This document shows, in pieces, positions 9,505 through 18,685 of a stretch of DNA of 64,000 nucleotides (position 1 is its first letter; each line of letters opens with the position of its first letter). The notes beneath the pieces were generated by a model. It was not told the origin of the DNA and ran no database searches. It saw only the letters and a program-made list of their open reading frames with translations. The stretch is from assembly GCA_001785445.1 (NCBI GenBank), contig MFTV01000016.1:159859-223858 (forward strand), given 5' to 3'. Made by a program: the position numbers and the translations under genes. This DNA comes from Candidatus Nomurabacteria bacterium RIFCSPHIGHO2_02_40_30 (GTDB taxonomy: Bacteria; Patescibacteriota; Minisyncoccia; Phycocordibacterales; UBA9973).

Positions 9505-12354
9505 ATGAAAAAATTTTTACCCTTCATTTTAATACTATTTATACTGGTAGGACTATTTAGCCCGATAGGGCAAGTCTATGCATCTCAGGCAAACCCGAAG
9601 GAAATCTGTAATGCTGACCTTAGTAATACTCCCTGTACTCCTGAATTTTGTTTCACCTCTGAGGGCGCAATTTATCGTAGCGGAATATCAAAAGCAAATT
9701 GCCCTACCACAGGAGGATATAATTGGGGAACTAGGGAGCAATATGGAAGAGGAACTGAAGCTCGCACTGCGGCAACTGATATAGTGCCAGGAGATACACC
9801 TGCATCCGGGGAGTCAGAATTTGAAAAAAATAGTGGAAGCTGTACAACCCTGGTGGCAGGGAACGTTGAAGATTGCATAGTTAAATTAATTTATTATATT
9901 TTTTATGTTATTCCGGCTTTCTTGCTAAGCCTAGCCGGAAAATTTTTTAATGTAATTATATCTCTTACACTAAGCAGTCTTTTATACACTTCGTCCCCTT
10001 TCATATCGGAAGCATGGGGAATTGTGCGCGACCTCTCAAATCTTTTCTTTATACTTATTCTGCTTTACATAGCTATAAGAACCATCCTAGGCATAGGGGG
10101 TTCAGATGTGAAAAAAATGATAGTGCAGGTAATAATTATGGCTTTGCTTATAAACTTTTCCATGTTCTTTTCTAAAATAATTATTGATTCTGCCAATATC
10201 TTGGCTTTGGTTTTTTATAATAAAATTAATGTGGAGACCACAGTAAATGGACAACGAAGAGATAATTTACCAACAATCAATCAATCCAAAACCGGAATAG
10301 AAGAAAAAGATGTTGCAGGAGGAATACTGTCTGCTTTCGACCCTACTAAATTATTATCCGCAGAGTTTTTTAAAAAAGCTAAGGAAAAAACCCAAGCAGT
10401 GGGTATGGGTGTTATAGGTACCGCTGCCTATGTGGCGGGCGGAGCGTATCTCGGAACATTTATTCCAGTACCAATATTGGGAACAGTAATAGGAGCTGCT
10501 GGAGGGTATGTAACGTCACAAGTAGTGGGCTTGTTTATAAGTACAGATAAAGTACCCCCGGGGCTGATGATTGGGATTATTCTTACTGCTGGCATGATGA
10601 TGCTTTTTGCAGCGTACGCATTTTTTATAGCCGGATTAGCTTTTATATCAAGACTAATTGAGCTTTGGGTTTTGATCATCTTCTCTCCTTTTGCTTTTAT
10701 GTCTTCAACGATACCGTTGTTTCAAAAGATTGAAGGCATAGGGTGGGATGAATGGATAAAACGCATCCTAAAATTATCGTTTATGGCGCCGATTTTTATG
10801 TTCTTTCTTTACTTAATATTCAAACTAGTATCGTTAGACATATTCAAAAGTCTTGCGGATAGAAGTTTCCCAGACCAAGGCACGCTTGAAGCTTTAGTGC
10901 TTATGATTATACCAGCAATGGTAATTTTAATTCTTCTCCATAAATCTACAGAGTACGCTAAAAAGGTATCGGGTGAGTTAGGGGGGATGGTTATAAAGGG
11001 CGCAAGCGTGGCGCTAGGAATTGCAGGTGGGTTAGCAATAGGTGGAATAGCTCAAGGTCTCCAAGCAACTGCTGGCAGGGCTGGCAATCTTCTTGCTAGT
11101 TCTGCAAGATTAAAGGAAATGGAAGGAAGAGAAGGTCCTGGTGTGCGTAATGCTTTTGCCAGGTTTGCTGGTGGAAGGTTGAGAACTATTGGCAATGTGG
11201 CTGCTGATAGTAACTTTGATGCAAGGAAGGGAGCAGTGGGCGCTGTCTTGGGTGCGGCAGAAGGAGTAACCGGACTACAATTTGGGAAAGCGTCTAAACT
11301 ATTAACAGGAAAAGACAGCTATAGACAAGATAGGAAAAAGAGAGACGAACAAAGAAGAAAGAGGGCTGAAGAACTAAAAGTAGGACCGGATGAAGCATTG
11401 ACGCAAAACTTGCGAAAAGTAGAAGGTGCTCATCAAGATCTTCTAGTAGACCAGATTACAGATGAAGATGGGCATAAACATGGAAACGCAGAGTACATTG
11501 AATTATTAGATACTAGAATTACAGCGCAAAGAGCAAGAGCAAATAATTATTCAGCAAGGTCAAGAGAAAATCCTACTGGAATTAACTCAGCTACTGGAAA
11601 TACTTACAAGAAAGATGCCCAAATCGCTCAAGATATTGCAGCAGATTCTGAAGGAGAAAGAAAAGCAATTAAGGATGCAGGAGTATTTATTTCATCAACA
11701 GGAAAGATACTTGATTACAGTCAAAATACAACAACCAAGCAAGTAACAGAAGAGACACGAAATAATGTAACTAGTCTTGCAGCCAATACAAAATCACAAG
11801 TAGATACAGCACTAAAGAATATCGAAAAAGAAGAAGCAGAAAACGCAGAGGCCATAAAGGGGGCCACAGAAGTCTTGTCAGAGGCAGAAAAAGCTAGAAA
11901 TACAGCAACACAAAAGGGTGATACTGAGGCTATAGCTAGAACAACGAAAGCATTAAGAGATGCTACTGCTAACTTAGAAAAAATTAAGACTGATGGAACT
12001 GAATCTATAGCTACGGCTAAGTCTGCTCATGAAAAAGCAATAGAAAGAGCCGCCAAAGCTACGGAAGCCCTAAAGAAGGTTGAGGACAATGTAGCTAAAA
12101 ATGGAGTTGGAGGTAGGTCAATAAATGACTTAGAAGATAAAGATATTCCACATGCTCACCATGCAGTAGAACGTTCAACTAAGAAGAGACAAAGAGGTTA
12201 TGCCGAAGGGCTTGAAAGCTCAAATCGTTTCTGGAGTGGAGGACAATATAATCCGACAAATATTGGCAGGGCGGAAGTTAATGAAACGGTTCATAATATA
12301 AGAATGAATGCAAAATTAGATAGTGGACATGGAGGAAAAGGAGGAGGACACTAA
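9505..12354 (+). CDS. Polytopic membrane protein with a long C-terminal coiled-coil domain; VirB6/TrbL-like candidate
   Basis: Signal peptide, then ~6-8 hydrophobic helices between aa ~120-480, followed by a ~450-aa charged coiled-coil tail; position 5' of the VirB3/VirB4-like genes. Confidence 0.45.
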   Translation: MKKFLPFILILFILVGLFSPIGQVYASQANPKEICNADLSNTPCTPEFCFTSEGAIYRSGISKANCPTTGGYNWGTREQYGRGTEARTAATDIVPGDTPASGESEFEKNSGSCTTLVAGNVEDCIVKLIYYIFYVIPAFLLSLAGKFFNVIISLTLSSLLYTSSPFISEAWGIVRDLSNLFFILILLYIAIRTILGIGGSDVKKMIVQVIIMALLINFSMFFSKIIIDSANILALVFYNKINVETTVNGQRRDNLPTINQSKTGIEEKDVAGGILSAFDPTKLLSAEFFKKAKEKTQAVGMGVIGTAAYVAGGAYLGTFIPVPILGTVIGAAGGYVTSQVVGLFISTDKVPPGLMIGIILTAGMMMLFAAYAFFIAGLAFISRLIELWVLIIFSPFAFMSSTIPLFQKIEGIGWDEWIKRILKLSFMAPIFMFFLYLIFKLVSLDIFKSLADRSFPDQGTLEALVLMIIPAMVILILLHKSTEYAKKVSGELGGMVIKGASVALGIAGGLAIGGIAQGLQATAGRAGNLLASSARLKEMEGREGPGVRNAFARFAGGRLRTIGNVAADSNFDARKGAVGAVLGAAEGVTGLQFGKASKLLTGKDSYRQDRKKRDEQRRKRAEELKVGPDEALTQNLRKVEGAHQDLLVDQITDEDGHKHGNAEYIELLDTRITAQRARANNYSARSRENPTGINSATGNTYKKDAQIAQDIAADSEGERKAIKDAGVFISSTGKILDYSQNTTTKQVTEETRNNVTSLAANTKSQVDTALKNIEKEEAENAEAIKGATEVLSEAEKARNTATQKGDTEAIARTTKALRDATANLEKIKTDGTESIATAKSAHEKAIERAAKATEALKKVEDNVAKNGVGGRSINDLEDKDIPHAHHAVERSTKKRQRGYAEGLESSNRFWSGGQYNPTNIGRAEVNETVHNIRMNAKLDSGHGGKGGGH

Positions 12355-12397
12355 GTAGTTAAAAAATAGAAAGTTATAAAGTTTATAAAGAAAAAAC

Positions 12398-12913
12398 ATG
12401 ACTGATAAATTACAAAAAATAATTAAAGAAGAAGTGGCAAAATTGCCAAAAGATGCGCAAGATGCGATTAACGCTTTTGATTGGGCAAAAGCTGTGGAAG
12501 AAATTGGAAGTAAACACTTATTGGATGAAAGTGAAGTGAATGATTTTCAGGTGGAAACTCTATTAGTTTTAGTGGGGCTGATTGATCCGCAATTTTACCC
12601 AGTCAATATTGAAAACCACGTGGGCACTACTAAAGATAGCGCCACTAAAATGGCTGACGAGGCATATGAGAAAGTATTTACCCCCATAAGTAATACTATA
12701 GAAGAAAATATTAAGAAAAATTTAAAAAACAAAAAACCAAATGCGACGCAGACGCTAAATTTTATTCTCTCCGGCGGAGATTATTCTACTTTTGTTGCTC
12801 CCTCTCCTTCACAAGGAGAGGGTCGAGGTGAGGTGCATCCCACTCCTCCCAGCCTTGCAGACATCCAAGCTAATATGAATAAAACAAGTTTAAAAGATAA
12901 GTTAGTAATATAA
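12398..12913 (+). CDS. Hypothetical protein, tandem paralog A
   Basis: N-terminal region parallels the next ORF (KLPKDAQDAINAFDWAKAV.../LLVLVGLIDPQFYP vs ELPGDTQSAIAAVDWRAAI.../ELVLCGLLSPENYP); the C-terminus carries a GC-rich palindromic segment. Confidence 0.5.
   Translation: MTDKLQKIIKEEVAKLPKDAQDAINAFDWAKAVEEIGSKHLLDESEVNDFQVETLLVLVGLIDPQFYPVNIENHVGTTKDSATKMADEAYEKVFTPISNTIEENIKKNLKNKKPNATQTLNFILSGGDYSTFVAPSPSQGEGRGEVHPTPPSLADIQANMNKTSLKDKLVI
12800..12822. repeat. GC-rich perfect hairpin (10-bp stem) embedded in the coding sequence of the 12398 ORF
   Basis: ccctctcctt-cac-aaggagaggg; followed by a further GC-rich imperfect palindrome gaggtgaggtgcatcccactcctc; the cccactcc 8-mer is shared with the right inverted repeat of the pcrA element. 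Confidence 0.4.
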
Positions 12914-12921
12914 TCCCATAT

Positions 12922-13590
12922 ATGAATGATGTCATAGATTTATTACAAATAAAGATTGAAAAAGCCAAACGGGAATTGCCGGGGGACACCCAGAGTGCCA
13001 TTGCGGCTGTTGATTGGAGAGCGGCCATCTTGGGACTGCGCGCCAAATACGGCTATAATTTTGAACAGCTGGGAGACCTGGAGCTTGAAACAGAATTAGT
13101 GCTTTGCGGACTTTTATCTCCGGAGAATTATCCCAAAGAATTATCCAAGCGCATGGGAATTTCCAAAGCCCAAGTAGATGAACTGGTAAATGAAATGAAT
13201 ATGTCTGTTTTTGCAAAAATACGTGAAGAATTAATAAAAAATACCGAAAGAAGAAAAATATTCGCGAAGAATAAGGTTGTAACAAAAACTTTGGATAAAG
13301 TAAAACCAATCGAGCCCCCTCGAGTAGTTACTCTTAAAGATATCACTACTCCACCTCGGCCTCTAATAACCAAAGACGAAGGGAATAAACTGCCAGTACC
13401 GGAAAAATTAGAAATAAAGGGAGACGTAAAACCTATATTTGAACAAAAGTTGTCCAGTAGTTTTCAAATACCCACGATAAAAACAGATCACTCCTTAAAT
13501 AATATTTCCAAGCCTGCCGTCTCCGCTTCTGGGACAGCTTCCGCAGCTTATCCGCCCAAAGCCGACCCTTATCGTCTACCACCCGAGTAA
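12922..13590 (+). CDS. Hypothetical protein, tandem paralog B
   Basis: Paralogous N-terminal domain to the 12398 ORF; divergent Pro/Lys-rich C-terminus. Confidence 0.5.
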   Translation: MNDVIDLLQIKIEKAKRELPGDTQSAIAAVDWRAAILGLRAKYGYNFEQLGDLELETELVLCGLLSPENYPKELSKRMGISKAQVDELVNEMNMSVFAKIREELIKNTERRKIFAKNKVVTKTLDKVKPIEPPRVVTLKDITTPPRPLITKDEGNKLPVPEKLEIKGDVKPIFEQKLSSSFQIPTIKTDHSLNNISKPAVSASGTASAAYPPKADPYRLPPE

Positions 13591-13602
13591 AATATAAGAA
13601 AT

Positions 13603-14034
13603 ATGCAATTCAAAGTACCACAATTTTTAGACATAGAAGACAAAATTTTCGGCCCTTTTACTTTTAGGGAGTTCATTTACTTGGCCGGTGGCGCAGGGTT
13701 GTGTTTTGTGCTTTATAGATTATTGGGATTTTACTTAGGGGCTATACCAATTCTCGCCATGGCAGCGCTGGCGCTGGCGCTTACTTTCTACAAGCCTAAC
13801 AACAAGCCATTTATAAATATGATTGAAGCTGGACTCAAATACATGACTCAAGACAAGCTGTATGTGTGGAAAAAACCAGAAGCCAGACTAAATACCAAAG
13901 AGCAAAACAAAGTAGTAAGTGAAGAAAAAGGAATACCAAAGCCAAATGAAGAAATAAGACTAAGTGGAAGCAAGTTACGGGACTTAGCTTGGAGTCTGGA
14001 TGTAATGGATTTAAACCAGCATGCAGATAAATGA
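13603..14034 (+). CDS. Small two-TM membrane protein, VirB3/PrgI-like candidate
   Basis: 143 aa; two adjacent hydrophobic helices (FIYLAGGAGLCFVLYRLLGFYLGAIPILAMAALALALTF); sits immediately 5' of the VirB4-like ORFs, as in Gram-positive T4SS loci. Confidence 0.4.
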   Translation: MQFKVPQFLDIEDKIFGPFTFREFIYLAGGAGLCFVLYRLLGFYLGAIPILAMAALALALTFYKPNNKPFINMIEAGLKYMTQDKLYVWKKPEARLNTKEQNKVVSEEKGIPKPNEEIRLSGSKLRDLAWSLDVMDLNQHADK

Positions 14035-14045
14035 TATAAAAATAT

Positions 14046-14684
14046 ATGGCATTAAATGCAAAAGCAACTCAAGAGTTTGTCCCAATCAAGGAAGTACGTG
14101 ATGGCATCATCGTCCTAAAAGACGGCGGACTTCGGGCCATAATATTGGCGAATTCCACCAATTTATCCTTGAAGTCAGACGACGAACAAAAAGCGACAAT
14201 ACTTCAGTTTCAAAACTTTTTAAATACTTTGGATTTTTCTATTCAAATATCAGTGCAGTCAAGGAGGCTGGACATTCGGCCGTATCTTTTGCTTTTGGAA
14301 AATAGAATAAAATTACAAAATGAACCATTGCTTAAGTTGCAAACCAAAGAATACATAGAGTTTATTAGAAATTTTACCGATACGGTAAGCATAATGACCA
14401 AGAGTTTCTTTGTGGTGGTGCCGTACACGCACACTGTGCTAAAATCAGACACCGGCATTCTCGGGGGGCTCTTTTCCCGAAAAAACAAAGAAGAAATTAA
14501 GATTGCCAAACAAGAAGACTTCGAAGAAAAAAGATCGCAGCTGGAAGAGCGAGTAAGCGTCATCCAACAAGGTCTTAACCGTTGCGGTATAAAGTCGGCT
14601 CAACTAGGAACCGAAGAAATTGTGGAATTATTTTACAAGGTTTTTAACCCTGGGGAGTTGGAAGGTAAAATTAAGATGGAATAG
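14046..14684 (+). CDS. N-terminal portion of the VirB4/TraE/PrgJ-family T4SS ATPase, as a separate ORF
   Basis: FVPIKEVRDGIIVLKDGGLRAIILANSTNLSLKSDDEQKATILQFQNFLNTLDFSIQISVQSRRLD resembles the conserved N-terminus of Gram-positive VirB4-like ATPases; 212 aa plus the 628-aa next ORF gives ~840 aa, a typical VirB4 length. Confidence 0.5.
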   Translation: MALNAKATQEFVPIKEVRDGIIVLKDGGLRAIILANSTNLSLKSDDEQKATILQFQNFLNTLDFSIQISVQSRRLDIRPYLLLLENRIKLQNEPLLKLQTKEYIEFIRNFTDTVSIMTKSFFVVVPYTHTVLKSDTGILGGLFSRKNKEEIKIAKQEDFEEKRSQLEERVSVIQQGLNRCGIKSAQLGTEEIVELFYKVFNPGELEGKIKME

Positions 14685-14686
14685 TC

Positions 14687-14802
14687 CCGTTAGAAGCCGC
14701 GGTCGCAGTTTAATATATAATATGTTAATAGAAAATATAAAATTTAATAACTTAATCAAGCATAGTCTCGGTCTGATGACCGCGACCTGCTTCTAACGGG
14801 AT
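14687..14802. repeat. 116-bp element with GC-rich terminal inverted repeats and an AT-rich core, separating the two VirB4 ORFs
   Basis: tcccgttagaagc (left end) and gcttctaacggga (right end) are a perfect 13-bp inverted repeat, extended by imperfect GC-rich subterminal repeats (cgcggtcgcag / gaccgcgacc); the core contains a TATAAT-like box. Confidence 0.5.
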
Positions 14803-16687
14803 GGGAATCTTACAAAAGTGGTTTGGAAAAAAAAATAATGACGTAAACAGTAGTTCCGCGGGAAGGGGTGGGATGCAAGCGTCTACTCTCCCAGTGGTGC
14901 CGGAAGAGATTTACAAAAAAGCCAGTCTGGAATTCCAAGACATCATTGCGCCGTCGGCGCTTAAAATTGACTCGAAGTCTATAAGTTTGGGAGATAAAAT
15001 CGCCCGTACTTTCTTCATCATATCTTATCCTAGATTTTTGACCGATAATTGGTTTTCTCCGATAATTAATTTGGATAAAGTTTTCGATATTTCACTTTTT
15101 ATTCACCCGATAGATACTTCTCTGATGCTGCGGCAGTTCCAGAAAAAAGTAGCTGAAGTGCAAAGCCAAATAAATGTACGTGAAAGCAAGGGCATGGTTC
15201 GCGACCCCATGCTCGACACCGCCTACCAAGACTTGGAAGGCCTGCGAGATAACCTGATTCAAGCCCAACAGAAAATGTTCGATGTCGGCATTTACATTAC
15301 CATTTATGCCGACAATGAAATGGACCTATTCAAGCTAGAAAATGAAATCAAGTCAATGCTGGAGTCAAAGCTAATATACATCAAGCCAGCTCTGTTCCAA
15401 CAAGAAGATGGTTTTAAGAGCGTCATACCGATAGAAAATGACCTGTTAGGCATTAATCAAAAATTAAATTCGGAGCCGCTTTCAAGCGTGTTTCCATTTA
15501 TTTCTTTCGACCTAACCTCTGACAGAGGAATACTCTATGGCATCAACAGGCATAACTCCAGCCTGGTTATTTTCGACCGGTTTTCTCTGGAAAACTACAA
15601 CTCGGTAACCTTCGCCAAAGCAGGGTCCGGCAAATCATATGCGACCAAACTCGAAATTCTAAGGTCCCTAATGTTTGACATCGATGTTATCGTTATTGAT
15701 CCGGAAAGGGAATATGAATTTCTTTCCGAGGCTGTCGGGGGGAGGTATTTTAATATATCTCTTTCTTCCGACCACCACATCAATCCATTTGACTTGCCAA
15801 TACCGCGCGAAGACGAAACCGCCGAGGATGTTTTGCGATCAAATATTATAAACTTAGTCGGGCTTTTCCGGCTTATGCTCGGCGGGTTGACTCCGGAAGA
15901 AGACTCAATCGTAGATAAGGCTATTTCAGAAACTTATGCCATCAAAGATATCACTCCGGAGTCGGATTTTTCGAATATTGAACCGCCGCTCCTTTCGGAC
16001 TTTGAAATGGTGCTCTCTGGCATGGAAGGCAGCGATTCGATCGTGGTGCGTTTGGCAAAATATACCAAAGGCTCTTGGGCGACATTTCTAAACAGACCGT
16101 CAAATGTGGATATAAATAAAAAATTCGTTGTTTTTTCCGTTCGAGACATGGAAGACGAATTAAAACCGGTGGCCATGTATATAATCATGCATTATATATG
16201 GAATGCCATACGCAAAAATTTGAAGAAACGTTTACTGGTGGTGGATGAAGCATGGTGGATGATGAAGTCTGAAGATACCGCTTCATTCTTGTATTCCTTG
16301 GCTAAAAGAGGAAGAAAATACTACCTTGGGCTTGCTACTATCACTCAAGATGCGGCGGACTTTATGAATTCTCCGTATGGGGTGCCGATAATCACTAACT
16401 CCTCTATTCAACTTCTCCTGAAACAGTCTCCGACCACTATTGATATTTTACAAAAAACTTTCAACCTGACCGATGAAGAAAAGTACCTGCTTTTGGAGTC
16501 GGGCGTGGGCGAAGGGATATTCTTTGCGGGGCTGAAACATGTGGCCATTAAAATAATCGCTTCTTATACCGAAGACCAAATCATTACCTCTGACCCATCG
16601 CAAATATTATCAAACAGAAAAGCTAAAGAAGATTTTGAAAAAGGAGAAATGGCGCCTGCCAACCCTCCGGAAAAAGTGTTACAATAA
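14801..16687 (+). CDS. virB4: Type IV secretion ATPase, VirB4/TraC/TrbE family (C-terminal ATPase portion)
   Basis: Walker A FAKAGSGKSYAT; Walker B LLVVDEAWWMM; conserved LGDKIARTFFIISYPRFL region; ITQDAADF motif. Confidence 0.8.
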   Translation: MGILQKWFGKKNNDVNSSSAGRGGMQASTLPVVPEEIYKKASLEFQDIIAPSALKIDSKSISLGDKIARTFFIISYPRFLTDNWFSPIINLDKVFDISLFIHPIDTSLMLRQFQKKVAEVQSQINVRESKGMVRDPMLDTAYQDLEGLRDNLIQAQQKMFDVGIYITIYADNEMDLFKLENEIKSMLESKLIYIKPALFQQEDGFKSVIPIENDLLGINQKLNSEPLSSVFPFISFDLTSDRGILYGINRHNSSLVIFDRFSLENYNSVTFAKAGSGKSYATKLEILRSLMFDIDVIVIDPEREYEFLSEAVGGRYFNISLSSDHHINPFDLPIPREDETAEDVLRSNIINLVGLFRLMLGGLTPEEDSIVDKAISETYAIKDITPESDFSNIEPPLLSDFEMVLSGMEGSDSIVVRLAKYTKGSWATFLNRPSNVDINKKFVVFSVRDMEDELKPVAMYIIMHYIWNAIRKNLKKRLLVVDEAWWMMKSEDTASFLYSLAKRGRKYYLGLATITQDAADFMNSPYGVPIITNSSIQLLLKQSPTTIDILQKTFNLTDEEKYLLLESGVGEGIFFAGLKHVAIKIIASYTEDQIITSDPSQILSNRKAKEDFEKGEMAPANPPEKVLQ

Positions 16688-17678
16688 TGTTATGAAATTT
16701 AGACTTTTATTGCCATATTTTCTTACAGCATTTCTGGTGTTTTGCGTTGTCCAGCCTATTGAGATATTTGCCGCCTCCAGTAGCAACATCTTGGTTGATG
16801 TTACACCTTCAAATCCTGCTCCAAACGAAGATACTACTATTACCTTGAGCAGTTATGCGAATAATTTAGACAGTGTTTTGATACAATGGTCTGTTGACGG
16901 TAAAAATGTTTCTTCGGGTATTGGCCAAAAGTCTTTTTCTTTAATGGCGCCGGCGTCAGGCTCACAGGCAGTTATCTTGGCTCGAATATCTTTGCCGGAC
17001 GGTGAATTAGAAAAAAGAATAATTATTAGGCCTTCCGTCATGGTATTGCTCTCCCAGGCGAATGATTCTTACGTTCCTCCATTTTACAAAGGCAAAGCGT
17101 TGCCTACGGCCGACAGCGAAATAAAAGTAGTGGCTATGCCGGAAATAAAAATAAATTCTACATTGGTAGATGCTAAAAATCTGACCTATGCATGGAAAAA
17201 AGATTATACTAATATGCCGGGAGAGTCAGGCTACGGCAAGAATTCTTTTGTCTATGTCAATGATTACTTGGAAGATTCCAGCAATATCAGCGTAACAGTC
17301 TCAACTGTCAACCAGGATTTTTCTGTAGATGGAAATATAAATATAGGAATGTCAATTCCAAAAATAAATTTTTATAAAAACGACAACACTTTAGGAACTA
17401 TTTGGGACATTGCCTTGTCCGATCCTTACCAAATCCAAGGACCAGAAACAATAGTAGCCGTACCTTATTTTATTTCACCGAAAGAAATACAGAACCCTAG
17501 ACTAGTATGGAATTGGTCCATTAATGATAGTATTATCAATATACTGGGCTTTAAGAAAAATGTAATACCACTGCAACCGCAGAGTGGCGCATCTGGAACA
17601 TCCAAGTTGAAACTTGAAGTTGAAAACATGGATAAAATCTTTCAAACAGTAAGCAAAACTATGAGCGTAGAATTTTAA
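16635..17678 (+). CDS. Secreted hypothetical protein (the true start is probably the internal Met at ~16692)
   Basis: Signal peptide MKFRLLLPYFLTAFLVFCVVQPIEIFAA; no recognisable domain. Confidence 0.5.
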   Translation: MKKEKWRLPTLRKKCYNNVMKFRLLLPYFLTAFLVFCVVQPIEIFAASSSNILVDVTPSNPAPNEDTTITLSSYANNLDSVLIQWSVDGKNVSSGIGQKSFSLMAPASGSQAVILARISLPDGELEKRIIIRPSVMVLLSQANDSYVPPFYKGKALPTADSEIKVVAMPEIKINSTLVDAKNLTYAWKKDYTNMPGESGYGKNSFVYVNDYLEDSSNISVTVSTVNQDFSVDGNINIGMSIPKINFYKNDNTLGTIWDIALSDPYQIQGPETIVAVPYFISPKEIQNPRLVWNWSINDSIINILGFKKNVIPLQPQSGASGTSKLKLEVENMDKIFQTVSKTMSVEF

Positions 17679-17681
17679 AAT

Positions 17682-18674
17682 ATGAAAAAATTAGGTAAAA
17701 TAATAATAATTTTAACTTATGTAAGTTTTGTCCTGACGGGTGTTTTTATGCCATTAAATTTTAGTTTTGCTCAAACTGGGGGAGCAACTGGTTCGTTTGA
17801 TGATCCCAGATGTACTCCTCCACAAGTTATAAAAGACGGTAAATGTGTTACGCCAACAAGTACCCCTTACCAACTTTTAGCCCCAATCAAGATCTCACAG
17901 GGTCAAAATCTTGTAAATTTTGATCCTGGGGATAATAACGCATTGGGCAGATACCTGAATATAATGATAAAGCTAATAATAGGTCTGTCTGCTGTTATGG
18001 CAGTAGTGATGATAGTGATAGGTGGCATGGAGTATATGACCAGCGAGCTTGTCTCAAGTAAAGAAGCAGGTAAGGAAAGAATCAGAGACGCCCTTCTCGG
18101 ACTTGTTATAGCCTTAGGCGCCTATGCTTTGCTTTTTACCATAAATCCAGATTTGCTTAGTACTGATATAAATATAGATCCAGCAACTATTCAAGTGGTT
18201 TTGCAAGAAGATAGAGATGGTAGTCCGCCCAGCCTTAGTCCATTTACTGGAGCTTTACCTACTGGAGCCGTGGCTGGCTGTCAAGAAGGAGTAGTAAAAT
18301 CTGCTTCTACTGGAATTGTTGCCTGCAGTAACATCAGTGGTAATATTGACCAAATGGTTGCCGCTGCCAGACAAGCTAGTTTAGTAATATGGGCTGGAGG
18401 ATTCAGAACAGCTGCGCAACAAACAGCATTAAGGCAGCAACACTGCAATGGAAATGTGTCTGACCCAAGGGCACCATGTAACCCACCTACTGCTGTCCCG
18501 GGAACATCAAGGCACGAAAGTGGTCTAGCTTTAGACTTAACTTGTAACGGAACAACAATTCAATCACCTAGTAATGCTTGTTTCATATGGTTAAGAAATA
18601 ATGCTTCAAGGTATGGATTTCAAAACCTAATAGGTGGTACTGAACCTTGGCATTGGTCAACTGATGGGCATTAA
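17682..18674 (+). CDS. Fusion of a VirB2/TrbC-like pilin-type two-TM module with a C-terminal M15 (VanY-like, LAS) zinc peptidase
   Basis: Signal/TM, then a second TM (IIGLSAVMAVVMIVIGGMEYMT...LLGLVIALGAYALLFTI); C-terminal M15 motifs SRHESGLALDL and EPWHW. Confidence 0.55.
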   Translation: MKKLGKIIIILTYVSFVLTGVFMPLNFSFAQTGGATGSFDDPRCTPPQVIKDGKCVTPTSTPYQLLAPIKISQGQNLVNFDPGDNNALGRYLNIMIKLIIGLSAVMAVVMIVIGGMEYMTSELVSSKEAGKERIRDALLGLVIALGAYALLFTINPDLLSTDINIDPATIQVVLQEDRDGSPPSLSPFTGALPTGAVAGCQEGVVKSASTGIVACSNISGNIDQMVAAARQASLVIWAGGFRTAAQQTALRQQHCNGNVSDPRAPCNPPTAVPGTSRHESGLALDLTCNGTTIQSPSNACFIWLRNNASRYGFQNLIGGTEPWHWSTDGH

Positions 18675-18685
18675 AAATAAATTTT

